A DNA stretch of 47,313 bases from IMG/VR virus record IMGVR_UViG_3300033513_000013, positions 1 to 47,313 of that record. One strand, given 5' to 3'. Shown in pieces: positions 24,001-32,700 of this stretch. The stretch comes from a virus. Its lineage: Duplodnaviria > Caudoviricetes. The notes beneath the pieces are model-generated. The model worked only from the letters and a program-made list of their open reading frames with translations, did not search any database and was not told the origin of the DNA. Numbering within the stretch: the first letter of the stretch is position 1; every line of letters begins with the position of its first letter. Both the position numbers and the translations under genes were made by a program.

Positions 24001-25783
24001 TACTCACGAGATACAGACCAGGGCGAACGAGTTGAAGGGCAAGCACAGCGCCCGCGACGAGATGTTCAGCGCCTTCGAGGATATATACTTCCTGCACGAC
24101 CCGGACAGGTCGAAGCACTCCGAGGAACTGCATCAACTGGCGGTGGTCAGCCCGACCGGCAGGAACCAGACACAGGGCGGCATACGCCTGATGACCGCCA
24201 CAGACCCGGAGTGGAACGTCCTGGGCGACGAGTTCAAGAGATACGCCAGCGCTGTAGAAACCTGGTGCAAAGCCGCCTGGGCCGGGGCTGGCAGGCTGGC
24301 AGGGTCGCCGGTGCATTATGATTTAGTGACCAGCGCCATGCTGTATGGGGAAGTGGATATATCCATCGTAAAGACCTCCGAGCGATTGAGGCTGCTGGAG
24401 GAGAGCGGCGCCAGCAAGGCGGCGATTGCCCGCATGAAGAAGGCCGCCGGTAGAGCGCCGTTCCTGTTCCCGGTCATGAACCCCAAAGGCTGCTACCCGG
24501 CTTATGACGATTTGGGCATGTACGAGCATTACCAGGAGACCAAGAGCACGGTCGGCAGGATCAAGGCCACCTATGGAAAGGACGCCGAGAAACTGTTCAA
24601 AGACCTGCCCAATACCACAGAAGTTACAAAAGGGGAATGGTGGGATCTGGAGAACTGGGTGATCTGGATCCATGGCTACCCCGACGATCCGATTGTAAAC
24701 ATCAAGCACGACCTGCCTTTCATCCCCATCAAGAGCGCCATCACCGAGGGAAGCTACAATTTGTTCAACAACGTCGAGTACCAGCGCCAGCCGTTTCTGT
24801 ACGCCCTGCACTACTCAGGCATGTGGGGCAAGGAGAACCTGGCGATGAGCACGCTCTCCACTCTGGCCTATGGCATGGGCTGCAACCCGATGTATGTGTT
24901 CGAGCAGGCCGTGGCTGGCACGGATTTGGAGCTTGACTTCAGCAGACCCGGTGGTTTGGCGAAGCTGCGCCCTGGGGAGAAGCTGTCGCCCATGGCAAAG
25001 CAGGTCATCGACCCGGCGATTATGACCATGCTGAATTTGGCCCAGGAGATCAACATCGAGAGCACCATATACAAGCAGGCATTGGGCCAGCCGCTCAGGA
25101 CGACCTATTCGGAAGCCTCGCTGATGGCCCAGGCCGGGCGCCTTCCGCTTGAGAACCCCAAGCGCAGGCTGGAGCACCTGCTTGGCGACATCATGGAAAC
25201 CTGCCTGGAGTGGGAGAGGTACAAAGAGGAAGAGCAGACCCAGGCTTTTCAGGATGGGAAGCCGGTCGTGCTCAACTTGAAGGAGATCCCCGAGGATATT
25301 TCCATCAACTGCGCCCTGGACGTGAATTTGCCGCAGGAGAAGCTGCAACTGGCGAACATCGCTATCGCCTTGCAGAAGTCCGGGCTGGTGGATAACGCCT
25401 GGGTGCTTGAAAATATCTTGGGCATCGGGCAGCCGGAGGTGATGTCGAAGAAGGTCTGGGAGCAGCGCTTCGTGGAGACCATGATGGGCTTGAAGATCCA
25501 GCAGATCGTCCAGGCTTTGCAGGCTATGATGCAGCCCCAACAACCGGCTGAAGTTGGGGGTAACGTGGCGGGAGCCGTCAGCGCGGAAGCTGCGAATAAT
25601 GTTCCGCCCGCGTTCCCGCCACTAGAACCCGGCCCGAAGCCGGAAGGGGTGAGCGCCGAGATGCAGGCCGCCATGAATGAGCTTGCAGGCGGCATACCCA
25701 ATGTTCCAAGAGTGGCGCCGGTGCAGCCTGCGCCAACTGTGCCGGGGGCAGGCACGTCGTTTCCTGAGGAGATGCTGGCATGA
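23993..25783 (+). CDS. Portal (head-tail connector) protein
   Basis: 596 aa, downstream of terL, helical, with HDLPFIP motif and a Q/P-rich C-terminal tail. Confidence 0.8.
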   Translation: MADTHEIQTRANELKGKHSARDEMFSAFEDIYFLHDPDRSKHSEELHQLAVVSPTGRNQTQGGIRLMTATDPEWNVLGDEFKRYASAVETWCKAAWAGAGRLAGSPVHYDLVTSAMLYGEVDISIVKTSERLRLLEESGASKAAIARMKKAAGRAPFLFPVMNPKGCYPAYDDLGMYEHYQETKSTVGRIKATYGKDAEKLFKDLPNTTEVTKGEWWDLENWVIWIHGYPDDPIVNIKHDLPFIPIKSAITEGSYNLFNNVEYQRQPFLYALHYSGMWGKENLAMSTLSTLAYGMGCNPMYVFEQAVAGTDLELDFSRPGGLAKLRPGEKLSPMAKQVIDPAIMTMLNLAQEINIESTIYKQALGQPLRTTYSEASLMAQAGRLPLENPKRRLEHLLGDIMETCLEWERYKEEEQTQAFQDGKPVVLNLKEIPEDISINCALDVNLPQEKLQLANIAIALQKSGLVDNAWVLENILGIGQPEVMSKKVWEQRFVETMMGLKIQQIVQALQAMMQPQQPAEVGGNVAGAVSAEAANNVPPAFPPLEPGPKPEGVSAEMQAAMNELAGGIPNVPRVAPVQPAPTVPGAGTSFPEEMLA

Positions 25784-25998
25784 GCCTTACCCAAAAAGAC
25801 GCTGGTGATGTCAAGCTCATGGCGGAGTACGTGGTGGATAAGATGCTGATGGAGATCGTCATGGACTGGCTGGAGCCTGCCATCCAGACCGAGGCGGCAA
25901 TCATGTTCAGCGCGTTAGACCCGGCTATCGTGGCGCAGATGCCGGATGATATGGTCGAAAATATCGTGCAGTATATTGTGAAGGGAAGGAGAGTGTAA
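25780..25998 (+). CDS. Hypothetical protein
   Basis: ATGA overlap with the portal gene. Confidence 0.6.
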   Translation: MSLTQKDAGDVKLMAEYVVDKMLMEIVMDWLEPAIQTEAAIMFSALDPAIVAQMPDDMVENIVQYIVKGRRV

Positions 25999-26000
25999 AG

Positions 26001-26711
26001 ATGCCAAATAATCCCTGGTATGAAAAGAGAGTCCCAAGCATTTTTGATTTGTATCCGCCACCGCCACCCCCGCCAATTGAGGCGTCTGGCGGTTTATCGC
26101 CCACCCCAGAAGAGATTGCACAACAAAAGGCGGCGCTTGGCGGCGCAGGCGTTGGATCAAATGAGTGGGGCCAGTACAAATATGGCTCGCCGGGGCTTAC
26201 TGAGCAGCAGGCCCCCGCCGGAAGCCCCGCAACCTGGAGTCCGGAATCGCAATCCTGGGTGGGCGGTTACTATAACGAGGCAGGAGAGCGCATTGCCCTG
26301 TCTGCCCCGCCCGAAGGCTTTGCCAACTGGGAAGATTATTGGGGAACGCAGTATGCCCCGCGCCCAGAGATGATCTCTGGCAATCGGGGTGGGACGACTG
26401 CTACCTATGGCGGGCACCGGACTGCTACTGAGCGCATGCTTTACAACAAGGCCCTGGTAAAGACCGGGGGAGCACGCGGCTGGCAGATGGCGCTGCTGAA
26501 AGACGAGGTGAAGCGCTATAAGGCAGGCGAGCTTGCCTGGGAAGATATGACGCCCTGGGTGCGCATGCTGATCCTGCAAGGGCAGCACAAGTTTGGGCAG
26601 CCGTCATGGGGGCCGCATAACCCACCCCCGACTGTGCCGCCTCATACTCCCGCAGGCGGAGGCGGAGGCACTACCGCCACCGGCGGCCCGATGGTAACTT
26701 GGCGTCCGTAA
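26001..26711 (+). CDS. Pro/Gly-rich protein, possible internal virion protein
   Basis: RBS AAGGAG; low complexity; precedes the giant gene. Confidence 0.55.
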   Translation: MPNNPWYEKRVPSIFDLYPPPPPPPIEASGGLSPTPEEIAQQKAALGGAGVGSNEWGQYKYGSPGLTEQQAPAGSPATWSPESQSWVGGYYNEAGERIALSAPPEGFANWEDYWGTQYAPRPEMISGNRGGTTATYGGHRTATERMLYNKALVKTGGARGWQMALLKDEVKRYKAGELAWEDMTPWVRMLILQGQHKFGQPSWGPHNPPPTVPPHTPAGGGGGTTATGGPMVTWRP

Positions 26712-26720
26712 GGAGGGCGC

Positions 26721-29700
26721 ATGGCCTTCCAAGAGAATAAAGCACCACCCGGCTATCTCGCGCCGATGACCAAGCGCGAGCGCTCCTGGGCCGGTAAAGC
26801 CGCCGCCAGGAATTATCTTTACGCGCAGAGACGCAAAGAGATCCTGCAAGCCACCGCCGATGCCAACAAGCTGAGCTATTGGGAAGATCCCATCCGCGTG
26901 GCGGGCTGGTTCAACGCGCTGAAAAATGCGCCAGAAGGATTCCAGCTTCCCGAATGGCTCGATCCGGGCATGATCGCCACCGCTTATGACTATTTCTCCA
27001 AGGCTAACGCAGGCAAGCCGGATACCGAGTGGCTCCCGCTGGATTGGGATAACGGTTTCAGGGAGCAACTCAAGAAGGTAGCCGCACCGCCTGACGAGTG
27101 GTGGGATATATCCGACCCGGCAAAGCTGTGGAGCGCCTTCACCGTTCCGCAGGAGCAGCCGGAGACAGGCGCGGTCATGCCTGCCGAAGCGGGTGCGCTC
27201 CAGTACGGCGGTATGACCAAGGAAGCCTACGACGAGCTTCCGCTGTATAAGAAGCTGCTGGCTAACATATTCGGCGGAGGCCCCACCACCGGCGCAGCCA
27301 TGGCAGCCGTGTCAGCGCCCACCTCCCTGGCAGGGCCTGGGCTGCTCACCACGCCCCTGGCTGGCGCAGGACTGGCGCGCGCCTTTGGGTCGCTGTATGA
27401 TTTCAGCCCGACCAAGAAGATTGCCGAAGCCTTTATGATTGCCTTCAACTGGCCCACCGAGCAGGTAGAGAAGATGCTCGGCACAGCCATGCTCCTGGCA
27501 GGCAGCTTCAAGCCGGGCGGCATCAGCCCCATGGATGTGCTGTCAAACCTGGACGACGCCTGGAAAGCCTCACGCCTGACGTATGAAGTGACGCCTGTGC
27601 AGGAGAAGATGGGCCTGTTAGAGCGCCTGAGCTACGCCGTCCCTATCATCGGTCTGGGTAAAGGGTTGGAACAGGTCAGCGAGTATCTTGAGCCAACCAA
27701 GTGGGGCAAGGAGATCACCGCCATTGGAGCGCCGGAGGTGCTGAGGCTGGAAGATGAGATCGGCTTCAACGCCCTGGAGAAGGCTTTCAGCCGCATCGTT
27801 AGCGGCGAAGATCCGGCTAAGGTGGTCAACTCCTACCTGTATACCCCGGCTGGAAACCTGGACTTCTCCCGGCAGATGAAGGATATGGTTGGGCAGACCA
27901 TCCTCGACCCGCTCAACTTCGCTGGCATCCTAATGGCCCGCGGCGCAGGTCTGACGGTCAAGGGCATGGTGAAATTGGGAGCGATTGAGGATGCCCCGCG
28001 CCTGGTCAATTCTTTGAATAAGAGCCGCGGGCTGTTCGAGGCCTGGAGGAATTACACCCGCGACTTCCTGGCTTTCGCGCAGCAGGTCGGCCCTGGGGCG
28101 GAGAAGTTCAATGCCATCCAGAAATGGATCGCCAGGCCCGCAAAGATTATTGAGGCAGGAGCTATCGTAAGGCCGGTATCGACCGGGCGCAAGATTGCGC
28201 AGTTGTTCTATAACAAGATCCCGGCCCTGGCAGTCGGCAACCTGCCCGGCGGCCTGATCGGCATGGGCGCCTTTGGCGTTGCCGTGGAAGGCGGCATGCG
28301 CGCGGCAGGCTACTCAGACGAGGAGATTGCGGAGAAGCGGAATGCTATCAACCTGGGCGGCTTTGTATTGGGCACTCTGGGCATGCACCTGGCAACCGGC
28401 GGGCAGGCGTGGAAGGGCGGCATGGGCTGGCTGTTCAGCCTGACCCCCAAGGCGCAGGCGCTGGAAGCCACCCACATGACCGCCGATAATATCAACGAGA
28501 TGTCGATCCAGGCCAGGGATGTCTATGACATGAAGCGCCAGTATGACACCTTCCGCAATATCAACGAGGATGGCGCAATCACATTGGGGAAGTGGGCCTA
28601 TGCCCCCAATGCCGATACCATGCGCACGGCGATCAAGTCATTCACCGGCGACGCGGTGCGGCTGGCACAGTGGGAGGCCGATGCGCCCCTGCTCAGGATG
28701 TCCGAGGAGATTGCCGCACAGCGCGCCGTGGATCTGGGCAAGGAGTTTACCACCAACGACCTGGTAAAGGAACTGGGCAAGCTCGGCATCACCGGGGATA
28801 AGGTGAAAAAGGGGCAGAAGGTAAAAGGAAAGGCTGACCCCGCCAAAGTCAAGGCCCTGGCTATCGAGTTGAATAAGACGCCCGAGGAAGTGCAGGCGCT
28901 GTTCAATACGTTTATCCGCGACAACCACCCCATCAACTTCGAAAACTACCGCGTCATGTTGGGCGGAGACCTGATGGAGCATACCGAGAAGTGGCTGGTC
29001 AAGGCGCTCGACCTGCACCCCGACCCGGCCTGGTATCGCTCGGCTATGCTGATGAAGAACGTCCAGGGCTTTTTGTTTCTGGATGTGAACCCGGCTTTCT
29101 TCTTGCAGAACTACTCCAATAACATCCTGTCGTCAGTGTGGGATGGGACGTGGGGCAGGTGGCCTCAGCCCAAGATCGACGCCTATATCAAAGACGCTAT
29201 CGGCTTCGAGCCTTCCAGGGTGTTCGAGGGCTACGGCGGCGTGGACGAGCTTTTGGGCGGCAAGCAGTTGGTGGGCGAGTACGTCCAGGCTGGATTGAAA
29301 AGCGATGATGCGATCAGCAAGTTGGGCAAGCGCTTCAACGACGTGCGCGAGGCCATGGGGCCGGTATCGCTGCTCAACCAGTCAGCCAGGGTGGAAAGCA
29401 AGGCGCGCGCCACGGTGTATGTCAACGTCCACCAGCGCGCTATGGCGGAAGCCAAGCGCGTCCTGGGCCTGCTCAAGATCCCCGACAACATCTCCCGCAT
29501 CCTGGGGCCTGACGGAGCAAGGCGAGCTAGTGAATCGCTTCACAAGCTGAATAACATGCTGGACGTGGAGGACTTTATCTTCGACGGTAAGGCTTATTTT
29601 GATATTGACAATGTGCTGGAGGAGTTCGAGCCGCTGGCGCGCGGCGCTCTGGTGGATAGCGGTTTGCTTAAGGAGTGGCATGAAGTACAGGGCGAGGTGG

Positions 29701-32700
29701 GCGCCGACCGGGTAAAGTTCAGCAAGTTTGTCAATGATTTCGTCAAGGCGCATGAGGCCGAGCTAACCAAGGCGGCCCTTGATGACCTGGACGCCGAGAT
29801 CAAGTCGATCCCCACCAAGATCAGGAGCCAGGGCGCTATCTCGCTCAACGAGAATATTGCCGGGTGGTACAACGAGCGCGCCGAGCTTTATAACCTGGAC
29901 GCTCAGGAACTGGATAAGGTTGCCTACGAAACCTTGCAGATGACCAACGATGTCGAGAAGGGCAAGCTGTGGGGCGACGCTTTCGCCAGGCGCAGCGAGC
30001 GCTGGAACCGGCATAACAACAAGATCCGTGCCGTGGCTACCGAGTGGGCGAAGCAGATGGGCGCCGATAATAAGCTGGCGGCAAAGCTGGCAAACCGGGT
30101 CATCGACTATTCTAATCATTGGGATAAGTTCTTTGTCGAGCGTGACGCCCTGTGGAAGAAGGCGCGCGATAACCCGGAGTTCTTCCAGGGCGATTACTCA
30201 GCCGTCAGGCAGGCGATCAATGACCTGTATAAGAAATATTCGGACGGCGAGTTTGATAAGATGGGCAAGATCAACGACGCCATCGCCAAGCTGATCGAGG
30301 CGCAGAAGAACGGCGGGCCGGAGGTGGCTAAGACTTTCCTGGCTGATGCAGGCAAGGCCCTGAACGTGCGCCGGAAGCTGAGAGATGCGTACCTGGAGCA
30401 CTACGAGCGCATCGGCAAGCTGGATGTCAAGGAGCGCTACAAAGCCTGGCAGGAGTTCACCAACGACGTGCGCCGGGTTGCCTGGAAGGATGAGCTTGTC
30501 GCAAACCTGGCGGCGATTGACAATCTGGCAAAGGCGCTCAAGAACCCTGTCCCGCCTGCGGTCACGCCCGAGGCTATCCCGACGCCCGAAGCGGCGCCGG
30601 TAGCTCCCGAGCCGCTTCCAGAGCCGCCTCCCGCTGCCGATCCTTTTATCCAGCAGTTGCGCGACGAGATTGTGCGCTGGCAGAAAACGCTTGGAGAAGC
30701 CAAGACGCCCGAAGAGGCAGAGTATGCCAGGCAGCATGTGGAGAGTTTCGAGGCCGAGCTTGCCTATCGGGAGAAACAGGCCGCGGCGGTTGAGCGCGTT
30801 GCCGATGCCCACAATATCGAGCAGGCCAAGGTGGACAACGCCGAGGCCGCCAGCGACGCTAAGGCGCCGAGCATTGGGAAGCTGATCCGCGACTACGAGG
30901 ACAGCACCGTCAAAGCCTTCGGCGTGAGCGCAGGGCAGGCTAAGACCTGGCGCGGCATCGTTGATCGCATGGACGAGTTCCTTGCCAGCCACATCACGGG
31001 CTGGAAGCGCGGCGACTATTACCGCCACCTGGCGCTGTATCGCGAGTACCCCGGCATGAAGTTCGGGGATATGACCCGCAGGCAGATTAAGGATTTCTTC
31101 AAAGCCCTGGAAGCGGCTGGCTTCAAAGATAACATCCTGGCGCGCAAGCACCTGATCAATATGATCAATAAGTCGCTCCCCGAAGGCGCGGAGAAGTTTA
31201 GCTGGCGCCACATGGATCCCCTGCCGATGGATGCCATCATCGCCCTTCTGCGCAAGGAAGCAGCCGACGGCAAGATCAGGCCCATCCCAGAATCGTTCTT
31301 CAAAGGCATGGAGCAGGTAGCCATAACGCCCGAAGGCAAGGTCGCCAAGGGCATGTACCGCAGGCTGGACGACATGAGCTTTATCATCAAGGGCTTTGCC
31401 AGGCCGGACTTCTCCACCATGGTGCATGAAACCTGGCACACTTTCGTTGACCTGCTGCCGGAGGAAGAGACACGCGTCTTGGGCCTGTGGCTTAAAGACA
31501 GCCATGGCGTGAACGTCGAGGTGATCGGCGGGAAGTTCATTGGCGATGAAGCGGAAGTGGCGCGGGCCAATGAGTTGTGCGCGCGCGCAGGCGAGGAGTT
31601 CTTTGCCAAGAACGCTTTGCCCGATAACATCATCAAGAGCGCCGACCCTAAGTTTACCAAGATCAAGACCATATTCTCCAACTTCCGCGATTGGATGCTC
31701 GGCATCTACCACGGCGTCAAGGAAGGCACGTATGGCGGCACGTCCATCGACGTGCAGATTTCGCCCGAAGTGGAGAGCATGTTCCAGCGCATATTGAACC
31801 TGAAGGCCAATGAGATGGTGGGCAGGCGCATTGATTTGGATAAGCCGTATTCGCCCAGGCCCAACAGCGTATTGCGCGCCCGTATCGCTGAACTCGAAGC
31901 CAGGATCAAGAAACTGAGTACCAGTGAAGTATCTGACCTTCCTTTCTACCGCGCAAACGAAGCCGAGGTTAACGCCGCCCCTGCGATTGCATCTATGGAC
32001 GTTACTGGATTGGGATGGGTGAATGGGCGTTTTACTCAGAGGGGCGGAGATAAGTTGCTCAAGACTCTGGGTATAGTAGCAAAGGACATCGAAGCGAAGT
32101 ACAAGGGTGTGAAAATGTTCCATGTTCAGGGTGATGAGTTCTTGCTCATCGGCCCGGATGTGGACATAGTTGGAAAAGCCGCTACTGAGATGGCTCAGAA
32201 CATGCAGACAACGCCGATCTTGTTTGAAGGCGCTGATTTACACGAAGTATACAGCGGATTTCAGATGCACGTCGGCGTAGACACGAACCGGGTAGCCGCA
32301 GAAAAGTCTATGAAACTGGCAAAGGACGCCTACTACAAGACCTACAATCTCAAGAAAGGCGATATGCCGCAGGGTGTTACTAAGGCAGGCGGCGGGGCGC
32401 CTGAGTTGTTCCAAGAAGCATCTCCCGTTGTGCGCCAGAAACTATCACAAGGGTGGGAGATACGCGAGGAAGCGCCCGAACCACAATGGACAAAAACCGG
32501 ATCGGGAACTGACGCATACCATTATTCTGACGACGAAACTATTTTGTTGATACCCTGGCAAGACAAGATTGTTGGCTATGGGGTTGGTGGCAGATGGGGA
32601 AATATCGAAACAGAAATAGGAAGATGGAACACGATGGAAGAGGCAAAGGCCGTTGCTCCGTCGCTTGTTCAAATCGACAGAGTATATTCTGTTTACGATA

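Noticed and set aside
26050-26080. CCG/CCA repeat tract
   Set aside because: It simply encodes a poly-proline stretch; no evidence of phase variation.
30198-32123. 641-aa minus-strand ORF and other long antisense ORFs (e.g. 24815..25543, 34158..35018)
   Set aside because: They are shadows of GC3-rich plus-strand genes and carry no motifs.
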